A stretch of 64,000 nucleotides of DNA from Octopus vulgaris. Taxonomy: Eukaryota. The notes under the pieces were generated by a model, which did no database searches, had not been told where the DNA came from, and saw only the letters and a program-made list of their open reading frames with translations. Location: the NCBI GenBank assembly GCA_951406725.2, contig OX597840.1:13206001-13270000 (forward strand), in the 5' to 3' direction. Below are positions 1-13,977 of the stretch, piece by piece (within the stretch, counting starts at the first letter, position 1; every line of letters starts with the position of its first letter). The translations under genes and the position numbers were made by a program.

Positions 1-169
1 AATTGGCTAGCCCCTTCCCCAAAATTTCAGGCCTTGTGCCTCTAGTAGACAAAAGACCGAGACCTCCAGGGATATGCTGTGACTACGAAGACCCGACAAA
101 TAAAGTGAGTTCATGGCTGTATCCTACACCAGTTTTGCATAACCAATCCAGCCCCAGATTGGATTGTAG

Positions 170-525
170 AGCAACCTGCTGTGCTTGAGGAGACCTATGG
201 AGTCAAGTACATCAAATGGAAATTGTAGTTGTGATACCTGTGCCGGTGGTACGTAAAAAGCACCATCTGAAAGTGGCCGATGCCAGCACCACCTTGACTG
301 GCTTCAGTGCCGGTGGCACGTAAAAAGTACCCACTACACTCACGGACTGGTTGGCGTTAGGAAGAGCATCCAGCTGTAGAAACACTGCCAGATCGGACTG
401 GAGCCTGGTGCAGCCCCCTGGCCTCTCAAACCCCAGTTGAACCGTCCAACCCTTGCTAGCATGGAAAACGGACGTTAAATCCTCATTATCATCATCATCA
501 TCAACATCATCATCAGCATCATCAT
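170..525 (+). mobile_element. 3' end of the same RTE LINE family (5'-truncated copy)
   Basis: GGTTGGCGTTAGGAAG..CATCCAGC and CCGTCCAACCC..GCTAGCATGGAAAA motifs match the 3'UTR at 55801-56000. Other copies at about 18020-18225, 19870-19980, 39270-39360 and 53310-53515 (+), and 23781-24155, 30078-30448, 39032-39218 and 52103-52320 (-). Confidence 0.8.
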
Positions 526-527
526 CA

Positions 528-1071
528 TTATTAGTATTGAGTGAGAGAGCAGTGCATGCCATGAAAGTGACACTGGGGTAAAATATACGAAGCCCAGTAC
601 ACCCATCATGACTACCCATCTGATAAGGGTACACCAGGCACATGCATCACAACCACATGTGCGCAACATGGTGATCTCATATCAAGATAAACAGTGCATG
701 ACCTTGCAGGTGGGGCCCAGCTAGAATTTTCTTCTGGTCGAGTAACCCATTCCACTCAAATGGTCTCTGAATAAGGGTTGTTTAAGGATGATGAACGAAA
801 CACCCATGTTTCCAGAGGTGAATTATTCAAACCCCAAAGAATCCCTCTCAACACACGGCTATGATGCTCCCCCACTACTTCTGCTTGTGATCAGAGATGC
901 ACATATCGTCAGCCACTAAACAACTGACAAGCAAATCTGTGGTATTGAGCAGAATATTTTCTGTAGCCCATCTTTTATACCAAGACAAAACAATGTACAT
1001 GATAACACTTCCACTCAGTTAAGATCAGAAGCCATGAGAGCTACTACTGCCTAGTACTTCGTCAGGGCATT
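528..1071 (-). mobile_element. ~540-bp non-coding interspersed repeat (family D) ending in (TAA)n
   Basis: Near-identical copies at about 27063-27620 (opposite strand), 44970-45350, 46590-47070 and 52500-53053. Strand is assigned only from the position of the TAA tail. Confidence 0.85.
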
Positions 1072-1927
1072 CATCATCATCATCATCATTATGAATGCAG
1101 TGAGCTGGCAGAATTGTTAGCACTCCAGGCGAAATACGTTGCAGTATTTCACCTGTTGCTATGTTCTGAGTACAAATTCCGCCGAGGTGGCAATGATGAT
1201 GGTGGAGAGGAGGGTGGTGGAGGTGGGTGCTGTTGATGATGGTAGTTGCGATGATGGTGGAGGTGCCGGTAGAGATGGTGATGTTGATGATGACGGGGGG
1301 GGGGGGGGGTGATAATGATGATGATAGCAGTTGTGATAGAAAAAGGTGGGAGTAGTAGTGATAGTAACTACTCCCACTAAATGCAAGAACAGTTTGTCAG
1401 ACACCATTCCTTCCACCCATTCTAAGAACAATTCCAAAGTACAGTCAGGTCATTCTGGGCATTGTCATTTCAGAAATAAAGCAATAAAGATTTCTTACAT
1501 TGGCACTGGGCCAGAAACATTGGTGGGAGGAAGGGGGTGGGGGCAGGGCCAAGTTAATTAACGAGAGTTTAATCAGTTTAGTTGCTGTGAGGAGGGTCTA
1601 AGGTTGGATACTTCAGGTTGTTACAGTTTGTCTGAGAATGAGGAAAATACAGAGAGAGAAAGAGAGAGAGAGAGAGAAAGTGATGCTGTTTACTTGGGAC
1701 GGAGAAAATGGTTAAACTCTACATTCTTCAAAACTGGTGAACTTAGTGGGGAGGGGAGATAGAAAGACAGAGAGGTAGATAGATAGATAGATAGTAAGAG
1801 TGAGAGAAAGTGATGTTTGGAATGGTTAGATTCTGCAGTTTGTTGAACTTAGGAAGAGAGACAGACAGACAGACAGACAGATAGGCAGATAGACAAATAG
1901 ATAGATAGATAGACAGATAGATAGATG

Positions 1928-1993
<66 letters not shown>

Positions 1994-2475
1994 CATATAG
2001 ATAAATAGACTGACAGACATAGATAGATAGAAAGTGAGAGAAAGTGATGTTTGGAATGGTTAGATTCTGAAGTTTGTTGAACTTAGGGAGAGAGACAGAC
2101 AGATAGATAGTAAGAGAGAGAAAGAGAAAGTGATGTTATCACTTGGAATGGAGAAAAATGGTCAGATTCTGCATTCTTCAAAACTGCTAAACTTACCAAA
2201 CTTCGCTGCAAATTAATTCTTGCTGACATAAAGACCATCATTAATTTCAATGAATTCTTGATTTTACCAAAGTTAATTAAAGGCCAATGCACGGAGAAAT
2301 GGTGAAGGTACATGGCCTAATGGTAAGAGAGTTACGTTCATGATTGCAAGATAATGGGTTCAATTCCTGGACTGGAAAGTGCATTGCTGTTTTGAGAAAA
2401 ACTTTTTTTTTTATTTCACATTGCTCCAGTTCACTCAACCGTAAATGAGTTACCCTTCATGTCTCTTGCCTACAA

Positions 2476-2830
2476 GCACCACCATCACCTCCACTACCAC
2501 CACCATCACCTCCACCATCACCACCATCACTTCCACCATCACCTCCACCACCACCTCCTCTACCACTATCACCTCCGCCATCACTTCCACTAACACCACC
2601 ATCACTTCCACCATCACCACCACCACCACCTCCACTATCACCTCCACTATCACCTCCACCATCACTTCCACCATCACCTCCACCACCAACTCTAACCCTA
2701 TCACCATCGCCACCACTGCCAACTTCACCGCCATCCTTTCCCCATCATCATCAACACCACTGCCTCCACAATCACCTCACCCATCATCACTTCCAACATT
2801 TTCTCCACCATCCCCTCCATTATCATCTTA
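2476..2830. repeat. (ACC/ATC/TCC)n trinucleotide low-complexity tract
   Basis: Direct inspection. Similar tracts at 1195-1325, 14400-14640 and 55008-55220. Confidence 0.9.
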
Positions 2831-3189
2831 TCATCAGAACTGGGTCCCTAGACATGTGAGGCCTCAGGGCAAATCAGTGCACTGGGCCCCTAGACCCATG
2901 AGGCTCCTGGGCAAACTACCCAGTGTGCCCATGTCTTAAGGCAGTACTGGGTGACCCTATCCTGTACCCTTCTTGTATGCTTTAGTCACAGGACCATTTT
3001 CTGCTGTTTGACCCATAGTGCCTTTGATGTGTACTACCACTCTGAACTAGGGAGCATTTGAGCGTGGTGACTAAAGATAAATCCATACTCTCCAAAGATC
3101 CTGACATCCTGGATATAGTTTAATACTTTGGCCAGGATAAGTTGATTAATTCAAAGGTTTTAATGCATAAATCCATAAACCATTTTATT

Positions 3190-3540
3190 TATTACCTCCA
3201 CCTAAGCGAAGGCGGAGGTATTGTTTTCAGTTGTGTTTGTTTGTTTGCCCATTGACAAGATATCTCAAGAACCACTGGATGGATTCAGATGAAACATTCA
3301 GAGATGTTTGGCCTCATGACTGACATAAACTGATTAGATTTCAGGATTGATCCAGTACTAGACAAGGATTCTAGATTATTTTTCCTGCTTTTTTTTTACT
3401 TAATTTCTGAGAGCAGTCAGGTTTGTTTTTAGTATTCTCAGTCGAGTTTATTTCAGATATTCTCATTTAAAAAATCATCTCTGGCTAATCATTGAGAGGA
3501 TGTTGGTGTTGATTTGGTACAAGTTTGGCTCTCTGAGTAC
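3190..3540 (+). mobile_element. Helentron-associated (HINE/DINE-1-like) element
   Basis: Starts TTATTACCTCC..GGCGGAGGT inverted repeat followed by (GTTT)n. A second copy lies at about 48682-49045 and a minus fragment at about 49445-49640. Confidence 0.6.
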
Positions 3541-4733
3541 TTTTGCTTTTATATTTGTTCTACAAATTTTTGATTTGAAATAATGTGTTGAAATTGGTTT
3601 TTTTTTTTTTGTGTTTTGGGAGGGTCATCTTGCCAATTATAATGCACACACTGGTTATGGTTCACTTCAGTTTTATTATCAATTAATTAGATAAATTAGA
3701 TTATTTGATTGTTAGTCCATTGACTATTCTGTCAAGGATCTTTTGTTATAGTTTGTGACCTTATTGATAATGACGTGTCCCTCATACACATTGCCTATGT
3801 TGGCATACACTTCTTCTTTTAGCTTCGTTCCAGAATTGAATTTACCATTTCTGTTATCCACGAATCAGTCTTGGAGGGTTCAACAGAATGTTGTAAAGAT
3901 TTAATCCAAAGACAGATGGATAGATCCTGAAAACAATATGCATCCATCACTGATGAGGTTTGGATATTTCGCCAACAGTGACTTGTCAGAGCATTTCATG
4001 ACTCACTGCTGGTCATAGCCATCTTGCATTTCATTTGGATGAAGTTTTTACACCATACATCTGTATTGAGTTCTTCATTGGTTTATGTTACTGTTTCTAG
4101 GGACTCTTTTCTATAAACACGTGTCTGTAATTGTGTATAGAATTATACTAAGTCTTTAAAAATACACATTATCTTAGCTTTGTTTTATTTTGTAATAGTA
4201 TTATATATTACCAAGTATCATAGTTTTTTTGTCATATACATATATATGTATACATACACACATGTGTGTGTGCATGCATGTATATACATATGCATGCATG
4301 TGTGTATATGCACATAAGAAGGAGAAAATAGACAAATGCAAAAATATTTACATTTTTTGTTGTCAAAATATACTACTGGTTTCAATCTCTTTTAAGGCAC
4401 TTTAGTCATACTGAAATAAAAGGGGCAATAAAATGAAAGAAATTAAATTAATCTTTTATATCATGTCTGGAAGTTTATGTTTTTCTTGCTAAAATCACAG
4501 AGGGCTGATTTTTTTTTTTCATAAGAAGATCATGTGGCTTTCTAGAACTAGTATCAGAAAGATATTTTAAATTTGTTTACTTTTTCATTTCGGCATGACT
4601 AAATTGCCTTTTTAAGCAACTGAAACCAGTAACATATTTTGATATTTCTTGATGAAATTCTCGAAGCATTTTCTTCTTTTCCTTTAATGTAAATTTACCT
4701 TTTCAATAGGTGGACAGACTGACAGATACATAA

Positions 4734-5235
4734 CACTGTGTAATACGATATTTGTCCTTGAGTAACAATTACTATTTCCTATTTGCTTACACTGAGAAAG
4801 TATGAGCTAGGGTGCATTTGAGGGTGGTAACTAAAGATAATCCTATATTCCCCAAAACTCTTGACACCAGGGTATGAAAAATTGCTTATAGTTCCTTCAA
4901 GCTTTGCTTTTCTTATGTTTTTTCAAACTCCAAAGATGCACATTGTTGATCACTAAGGGACATGCTCAAGTGGTTAAGGTCAAGTAACTGACAAGCAAAT
5001 CTGTGGGATTGTACAGAATATTTGCGATAATGATATCTCTGCTTCAGCAACTCAGCGCTGAATCTGTCTGAAATGGAATGGAAAATAGGTCAGTTTCAAA
5101 ACATTGGCATCCAGATCAGAAAAGCAAAGTTTGAAGGGAAGAACAGACATTTCTTTTGATTTGTAGATAGAAGCAAATACGAAATAACACTTACTGACCA
5201 AAGACAAAGAAAACTAAAATATTTTTTACACAGTA
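4734..5235. mobile_element. MITE with CACTGTG termini (copy 1)
   Basis: taa|CACTGTGTAA ... TTACACAGTA|taa, with long imperfect subterminal inverted repeats. It is an inverted homolog of 5688-6407. Confidence 0.6.
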
Positions 5236-5687
5236 TAATCTGTGTATATGTGTGTGCGTGTTTACAGATAGGTGAACAAGCAAAGAAGGTGGTGAGCTGG
5301 CAGATTTGTTAGTGTGCCGGGCGAAATGCTTAGCAGTATTTCATCTGCCTTTACGTTCTGAGTTCAAATTCTGCTGAGGTTGACTTTACCTTTCATCCTT
5401 TTGGGGTCGATAAATTAAGTACCAGTTATGCACTGGGGTCAATGTAATCAACTTAATCCCTTTGTTTGTCCTTGTTTGTCCCCTCTGTTTAGCCCCTTGT
5501 GAGCAATAAAGAAATAAGATAGGTGAACAAGCAAAATAAAGTTGTACTCAGTACATTTAGTCAGAGTTATAAGTATTTAATAAGTTTATTCAGCTTCACA
5601 ACACTTAAAGGTTCATAGATTTAGATGGGGGTCTACATCTTTCAGATATCATCAGATGTTTGAGTCAGAGTAAAATTAATTTGGTAA

Positions 5688-6407
5688 CACTGTGTAACAA
5701 CATTTTTCTTTGTCTTTAGCCAGTAAGTGTTGTATTTCCTATTTGCTTCTATTTAGAAATCAAAGGAAATGACTACTATTCCCTTCAAACTTTGCTTCTG
5801 TCACTTGGACATCAATGTTCTATTTTCCATTACATTTCAGACTGATTCAGTGCTGAGTTGCTGAAGCAGAAATATCTATTTCTTTATTACCCACAAGGGG
5901 CTAAACACAGAGGGGACAAACAAGGATAGACATAGGTATTAAGTCGATTACATCAACCCCAGTGCGTAACTGGTACTTAATTTATCAACCCCTGAAAGGA
6001 TGAAAGGCAAAGTCGACCTCGGCGGAATTCGAACTCACAACGTAATGCAGACAAAATACCGCGAAGCATTTCGCCCGGCGTGCTAACATTTCTGGCAGCT
6101 CACCGCCTTAGAAGCAGAAATATCATTATAGCAAATATTCTGTTCAATACCACAGATTTGTTTGTCAGTTTCTTGACTTTAACCATTTGAGCATGTCCCT
6201 CAGTGGCTGGCGATATGTGCATCTCTGATCATGAGCAGAAGTAGTAGGGGAACATCATAGCCATGTGTTGAGAGGAATTCTTTAGGGTTTGAATAAATGT
6301 AAGAAAAGCAAAGTTTGAAGGGAATATTGGCCATTTTTCATACCTTTTAGGGATAAGCAAATAGGAAATAAGTCATTACCCAAGGACAATAATCATGTTA
6401 CACAGTG
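5688..6407. mobile_element. MITE with CACTGTG/CACAGTG termini (copy 2) containing a SINE B insertion
   Basis: taa|CACTGTGTAACA ... TGTTACACAGTG|caa. The SINE B at 5877-6109 is flanked by the direct repeat GAAGCAGAAATATC. Confidence 0.65.
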
Positions 6408-7127
6408 CAAGGGCTTTCAGGTAAGAATATTGAGGGAAGGGGATTCTGTTAATTCAAGAATGTGAATAGTTTTAAAATATGGCTGTGCCAAAAAAATTTA
6501 TATGATTCCATGTTGCAGAGGGGACAGTCTGTTAGTGTTATACAGTGTTGTGGAAGGATTCCAACCAATCCCTGGGGACTAAAAGTGGATTATCTCATTG
6601 TTTTACAACAAAGAACTGTGAGCGATTGGCAGTTCATGTTGGTAGCAGTTCACTGTGAGCCCTCTATACAGAGCGTTGAGTCTTGTATAATAGTAATAGT
6701 AGTGTGTTGTGTATATACTGTCTTCCTCCCTGCTTTGTTATATATCCAATACAAGGATATTATTTTTTTTATTTTTATGTGGCCTTTTCAAACCTAGCCA
6801 GGCTCATGGGCCCAGTTTCTCCAGTTTCTGTGGCGTACATGTCCAGTCCATCCCAGCATTACTCAAGAAACAGGAAGAGAGAGCAAGAGAGGAGATGGTG
6901 GTGAAGACGTGTCAAGGCGTATCTATGACTGATGGGGTGGGGTGGGGTGTTCACAAGTGAAGTGGCACAGGATGGGTTGGAGCCAGTGGGCACCAAAGTT
7001 CGCAAGAGTGCAAACTAAGAGTTGGCGATTGAAGCCAAGTCATAAATCTCCTCAACAATTTTCACAGAATTTTTGAAAATTTCATTTTATTTTCACCCAC
7101 ACACACACATATATATAAAGACAAAAA

Positions 7128-7169
<42 letters not shown>

Positions 7170-7616
7170 TCACAGACATACATTTTCTTGTCTTTCCTTT
7201 TGCATCTTCAGTTTGAATCAGTCTTCCGCAGTCTTGATTTCATTCCTAATCATTCCTTTAATTACATTTCCAATTTCGAGTCTTTGAGTCTTGTAAAGTC
7301 TCCAGAGCAGTAACCTCTTCTTTTTAGAGGCTGCAAAAAAAAAAAAAAAAAAAAAAAGAAGAAAGATAAGAGAGGATAAAAACAAAAATGAAAGTGTGTT
7401 TCTGCTTGAGATGCTTACAATTGTGAAGATTTAAAAATCACAAAAACAAGAAAAATAACAACAACAACAGTAGCAACAACAACAATAATAATAATAACCA
7501 TAATAAAGTTAGTTTGGTATTGCTTATGGTAAACAACTGCAGGGGTTTGATATTAATCATCTGTGTACAGTGTTAGGCAAGTGAATGTGTGTGTATACAC
7601 ATATACATACATATGT

Positions 7617-7647
<31 letters not shown>

Positions 7648-7670
7648 CACATATAGATATACATGTATAC

Positions 7671-7742
<72 letters not shown>

Positions 7743-7775
7743 GATATACATATATACATGTATACATACATATAC

Positions 7776-7847
<72 letters not shown>

Positions 7848-10526
7848 GAATATACATATATTTATATACATGCATTCTCTATGTATGCACATACACATGT
7901 ATGCGTGTGTATATATGCATGTATACAGACACACACATTCACACATGCGTGTGCTTGTCTTTGTTTGACTTATTCATCTGGCTGTGTACACAGAAGATCA
8001 TTTCATTCTTCCACTTCAAAGAGTGACGGCGGCAACAACTGTCCATTTCAGAGGAAAATATTTTCTTTCCATCTTTCTTTCTTTCCTTCTTTCTTTCTTT
8101 TTCAAAAAATGATTCAAAGATATGAAAATAACTAAGTTATAAAGTAATAGAATCTTCCATTGGTTTTAATGTTCTCTTTGGGAATTGTTCTAGAGCTGCC
8201 GAAATCTCTTGAATGCATTAACTGTGCAAAACTGGCACTGAAAGAAAAATAGAAAAAGGAGGAAGAATATTCATAAAAATCAATCATTTTTTGTTCTGCT
8301 GAAATTATGGTTGCAGAGGAAAGGAATATGAAGGTGTGTGGGGAAGCCATGGCATCAGAATATTCGGCAAAAGTTTCTTTGTCTTCCTAAGCTTCTCATT
8401 TCTGGTTTTGTAGTTCTGTAAATATATGAACTTGGTTAAAGGAGATTTAGACTCACCTCTGTCAGGGACTCTAGGACTCATAGTGTATCAGTGATTTGAA
8501 ACCAAACTGCTAGGAAGCCAGACAAACATCACAACCTAACCACATTAGTTTCACATGATCCGTCTCTTAAGCAACAAATCAGCTTCAAGCCATTGTGTGA
8601 TTGAATTTTTTTGAATTTTCTCTTTGTGTCCTGTAAAAAGGTGGGTTTTAGTGGTAATCGCAGAATGTTGAGGCAGCCATATATTGTATTTTCATTTGTG
8701 TCACATTGAATCGATTAAGACAAATGGCTGATAGTAGACAGAAATTTTCATCACCATTTTAAATTTTTTTATCTTTTATCTTGTTCCAGTCATCAGACTG
8801 CAGCCATGCTGGGGCACCACCTTGAAATGATTTGACCCCAGTCCTTGTTTTTTTAAAGTCTAGTACTTATTCTATTGGTCTCTTTTGCCAAACCACTAAG
8901 TTACAGGGATGTGAATACACCACCAAGTGATGGTGGGGGACAAACACACACACACATGCACACATATAGATGACTGGCTTCTTTTAGTTTCCATCTACCA
9001 AATCCCTTCACAAGACTTCGGTTGGCTGGAGACTACAGTAGAAGACACTTGCCTAAGATACCACACAGTGGGACTGAACCCAGAACCATGTGGTTGGGAA
9101 GCAAACTTCTTACTACACAGCCACATCTGGGCAATTGACCAGATGTCATGACTGGAAAATAATTGCCTAGATGTGGCTGTGTGGTAAGTAGCTTGCTTAC
9201 CAACCACATGGTTCCGGGTTCAGTCCCACTGCATGGCACCTTGGGCAAGTGTCTTCTACTATAATCTCCGGTCAGCCAAAGTCTTGTGAGTGCCACAGAT
9301 TGCTGTATCAGTATGGTTGTTGCATACCCCAAGCAGTATGTCTCTCCCAGGGTATTTGTTAAAGACCAACACATTGAAAAGTGTAAGTGCCCCAGTCCAC
9401 TCAGCTGTAAATGGGTCCCAGCAATAGCTGTGCAAGTTAACCCTGCAACAGACCAATGTCTCACTCAGGCGTGAGGGTTGAGTAATGTCACTCATATGCC
9501 ATGGGAACAAGGTTAATCGTTCATGGGTGTTGTCAGTCAATTCTTCATATGGCCTGAGAAATACATTTTTAGTCATCACTTCAGACTAGCTGACAACAAC
9601 AAACCACAACAACACCTGCCACAACAGTAGTTTCCATTGTGTATCAGTGAATGAAATTACAATGCTCAATTTCTAACTGAATTGGGCATTGGTCTGTCGC
9701 TGGGTTAATTTGCCCAGATGTTGCTGAAACTCTTTTGGAAATGAGTGGACTGGAGCGACGTGAATTGAAGTGTTTTCCACAAGAACTCAATGCACTGCCC
9801 TGTCTGGGAATTGAAACCATGTTCGTACAATTGTGAATACAACATTATTACCACTAGGCCAAATGTCTTCTCTCGGCTATTGCTGGGATCCATTTACAGC
9901 TGAGTGGACTGGGGTAACATGAAATGAAGTGTTTTACACAAGAACTCAATGCACTGCCCTGTCTGGGAATTGAAACCAGGGAACTAAAAAGAAAGTTGAG
10001 TTTATGGATCCTGGGATCCGTAAGATTTAAGTGAACCTTGTTCCCATGGCATGTAAGTGACTGACATTACATTACTCAAGCCCCCCCCCCTAAATGAGAC
10101 ATTGGTCTATTGCAGGGTTAATTTGCCTAGCTATCGCTGGGACCCGTTTACAGCTGAATGGACTGGGGCAACATGAGATGAAGTGTTTTGCTCAAGAACT
10201 CAATGCGCTGCCCTGTATGGGAATTAAAACTGCAATCTTACAGTCCTGAGTACATCGTCCTAACCATTAGGCCATGTGCCTTCTTCCATCTCTTGCTGGA
10301 AGCCATTTACAGTTGAGTGGACTGGTGCAGTGTGAAATGAAGTGCTTTCTTCAAGAACACAATACAATGCACCACCCGGTTGTGGAATCAGAACCATGCA
10401 ACTGTAAAGAAGTTGGGGTTTCAGTCTCTGGTCAGTCCTGTAACTCATGAAGACAGTGTTTAACTTGGTGAACAAAAAACTAAGATTACCATTCTTGGCA
10501 CCATTGAACAGGGTTCTGGTCCATTG

Positions 10527-11062
10527 TATTGGGTTGTCTGGAAAGTTTGTGCCGATTTTTAAAGGGAAGAAATAGGTCGATAAATACTTGCCATTACATT
10601 TTTAATCAACCAAATATGAACCATTTCATTGCACAATATGCGTCTCCATCTTTCCTTTAACTTGAAAATACCCTCTTCCCAGAATTGAGGTGGTTCATGG
10701 CAAAGAATTCATCCAAGGAATTGAAATTTTTACCATTAAGACTATTCTGCAGAGACCTGAATAAGTGGAAATCCAAAGGAGCAATATCTGGTGAATAGGG
10801 AGGGTGGGGTAACATATCCCAGCTAAGCTGCAGCAATTTTTGTCTGGTTCCCAAAGCATCAAGTGCCAAAAATGAACTTTCTTAGCTTCCATTTTAAAGA
10901 GTTACAGAATTAACACAGGTTATAGGAACATAAACCTTCTTCCACGAAAAGATAGCTTAAACTGTACTCTAAATGGAGGTGTAGTGAAATCCTATTTTAT
11001 GGACTCAACCACATTCTAAAATAAGTCAAAAGGTAAGCATGAACTTTCCAGAAAACCCAATA
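10527..11062 (-). mobile_element. Internally deleted mariner element with intact TIRs
   Basis: TIRs TATTGGGTTGTCTGGAAAGTT and AACTTTCCAGAAAACCCAATA with TA ends. Transposase N-terminus MEAKKVHF is joined directly to C-terminal HPPYSPDIAPLDFHLFRSLQ. Confidence 0.9.
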
Positions 11063-12519
11063 GAATTGTGTTGACTTGCCTGGCCATTGCTAGAACTGGT
11101 TTCTAGTTGGTTGAACTGGAGCAACATGAAAAGAAGTGTTTTGCTCAAGAATATAAGGCACTGTTCAGTCTGCACATTGAAAGCATGGAGCTGAAAAGAA
11201 GGTGGGACTTAGGTCCAATATGAGCCCTACAACTCATAAAGTTTGAGCAACCTCAGTTTTCATGGCATGTGAATAACTGACATTACAACACTCAATTCTA
11301 CCCTTGACTGGGATGCTGGTCTGTCGCAGGGTTAACCTGCCCAGCTATTGACGGAACTGATTTACAGTAGAGTGGACTGAAGCAATGTGAAATGTGTTTA
11401 GCTCAAGAATGCATTGCAATGCACTGACTCATCTGAGAGCATCTACATGGTCATTCGGCCTGCTAAAAATAGCAGCAAAATAAACATCATTACCAATCCC
11501 TGTACATTACTGTGTCGAGTCCTAGAACTTGTAGGGCTCGATTTTCATGGCAGATAAGTGACCCAGTTCACAACATTCCACCCTCAACAGGATGCCAGTC
11601 CATGGCAGGGGGTCATTCATTTACAGCTGAGTAGTGGTTAAACGGACTAGAGCAACATGGAATGAAGAACACCAATGGACTGACCCATCTGGAAATTGAA
11701 ATCATGCAACTGAAAAAAAGCACCTGGGACTTGGGTTTGTGATGAGCTCTAGGACTCCTGAGGTTAGAATTTAACTTGGTTTAACAAGTAAAAGAGAGTA
11801 AACTGAAAAGAAGAGAGTGGTATTTAAGTTAGTCCTTAACCCTAGGACACATAAGGTTTTAGCTCACCTGGTTTCCATGGCATATAAATCTGAGATTATA
11901 ACACTCGATCCACCCTCCCCAGAATGCACAGAGATAAATTCTCAGCTGTTATTAGAACCCATTTACATTCGAATGGACTTGAGTGACATGAAATGAAAAA
12001 TTTTACTCAAGAACATATAGGTGCAGGAGTGGCTGTGTGGTAAGGAGCTTGTTTACCAACCACATGGTTCTGGATTCAGTCCCATTGCGTGGCACCTTCG
12101 GCAAGTGTCTTCTACTACAACCTCGGGTCGACCAAAGCCTTGTGAGTGGATTTGGTAGACGGAAACTGAAAAGAAGCCCGTCATGTATATGTATATATAT
12201 ATGTGTGTGTATGTTTGTCCCCCCCACAACATCGCTTGACAACCGATGTTGGTGTGTTAATGTCCTTGTAACTTAGCGGTTCGGCAAAAGAGACCAATAG
12301 AATAAGTACTAGGCTTTCAAAGAATAAGTCCTGGGGTCGATTTCCTCGATTAAAGGTGGTGCTCCAGCATGGCCAAAGACAAACGACTGAAACAAGTACA
12401 AGAATACAGAGTAACACAACACAATGCACTCTATGATCTAGTGATTTTGTGTGCAACTCCCTGACCATTAGGGTCCATGTGCCTTCTCTCAGTTATTGGT
12501 GGAAGTATTTTTATAATTG

Positions 12520-12872
12520 ACTGGAAGAAGACTGAGGATGGGGATGCTGGGTTGGAGGAATCGGTGGAACAGCTGGCAAGGGCGAATGGAGTGTGGTGGT
12601 ATGGACGTGTGTTGAGGAGGGATGAGGAGCCTGTTCTGAGGATGGTGCTTGAGTTTGAGGTAAATGGACCACGAAAGTGAGATAGACCAAGGAAAACATG
12701 GAGGGGACAGGTGGAGGAGATTGGGAGGGTTAGCTTGAGAAGGGAGGACACCCTAAACCAGGTAAGATGGTGTGAAGGTGGTTGCTATGGCATTGAAGTA
12801 GATCCAGCCACCCACCCCCCGTTAACAGGGACAAAACCCAGATTTAAAACATGATAATACTGATGATGATGA
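12520..12872 (+). mobile_element. RTE-type LINE 3' fragment (second family)
   Basis: Encodes WWYGRVLRRDEEPVLRMVLEFEVNGPRK*DRPRKTW and ends in a GAT-repeat tail. Confidence 0.7.
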
Positions 12873-13109
12873 ACTGAAGCAATGTAAAATGCACTGCCTT
12901 ATCTGGGAATTGAAATTGTGACCTTACAATCCCGTGTACAACACACTAACCACTATGATGACACCCTCCTTCTCCCAGTTATTATTTGAGCACATTTATA
13001 GTCGAGTGAACTGAAGCAATTTGATATAGAAGTGTTTTGCAGAAGAACACAACACAGCAACCATTCTGGGAATTGAAACCATAATCTTATAATCATGAGA
13101 GCAGAAAAA

Positions 13110-13840
13110 AAGGGAACCCTTCAGTCATGAATGACCATGGGATTTCACCTAGAAAGTTACCCTTGGAGGCACAAGTCTGGGCAAGGTTGTTTATGGAAGA
13201 CCAGCAGTCGACCATGCATACCAGCCTCCCCTCTCCATGCCACTGATGTTATCCAAGGGAAAGGCAAAGGGGCCGATACAGTTTGGCACCTGTGACGTCA
13301 CAACTCATGTCTACAGCTGAGAGAACAATGTGAAATAAAGTGTCTTGCTCAAGAACACAACACAACTCGGTCCGAGATATGAACTCACAACCTTACGATC
13401 GTTAGCTCGACGCTCTAACCACTGAGTCATGCACCTTGACCACATCAGTGTAATTGATAGATAAATTAGGAATATATATATATATATATATGTATATTGC
13501 TGAGACCCCTTTCGGTCATGACTGACCATGGGATTGCACATAGAAAGTTACCCTTTCAGGTACAAATCCAGGCTAGGTTGTTTATGGAAGACCAGCAGTC
13601 ACCCATTCATACCACCCTTCTCTTTCCACGCCACTGATGTTATCCAAGGGAAAGGCTAAAGGGGCTGATACAGCTTGGCACCTGTGAAGTCACAACTCGT
13701 TTCTACAGCTGAGTGAACTAGAACAATATGAAATAAAGTGTCTTGCTCAAGAACACAATGCACAGCTCGGTTCAGGAATCAAACTCACAACCTCAAGATC
13801 ATAAGCTCGACACTCTAACCACTGAACCATGCGCTTTCAC
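13110..13840 (-). mobile_element. Two tandem tRNA-derived SINEs (family F) with a Nin/Deu-like central domain
   Basis: Copies at about 13110-13435 and 13503-13840. Minus strand has CAGTGGTTAGAG (A-box), GAGTT(C/T)..T (B-box) and TGTGTTCTTGAGCAAGACACTTT. The domain assignment is from recalled consensus. Confidence 0.7.
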
Positions 13841-13977
13841 AATCACGAGGGTAACACCCTAACCATTACTCTGTGCGCTTTCTCTCAGCTATTGTCGAGA
13901 CTCATTTACAGCTGAGTGAACTGGAACAGCATGAAATGAAGCATTTAGCACAAGAACACAATGCACTACCCTGTCTA

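Noticed and set aside
2445-2939. Mucin-like Thr/Ser-rich ORF
   Set aside because: Trinucleotide low-complexity tract in an intron, without supporting gene structure.
5625-5660. CTGATGA..GAAA on the minus strand as a hammerhead
   Set aside because: No credible stem II, and no stem III with a UH cleavage site.
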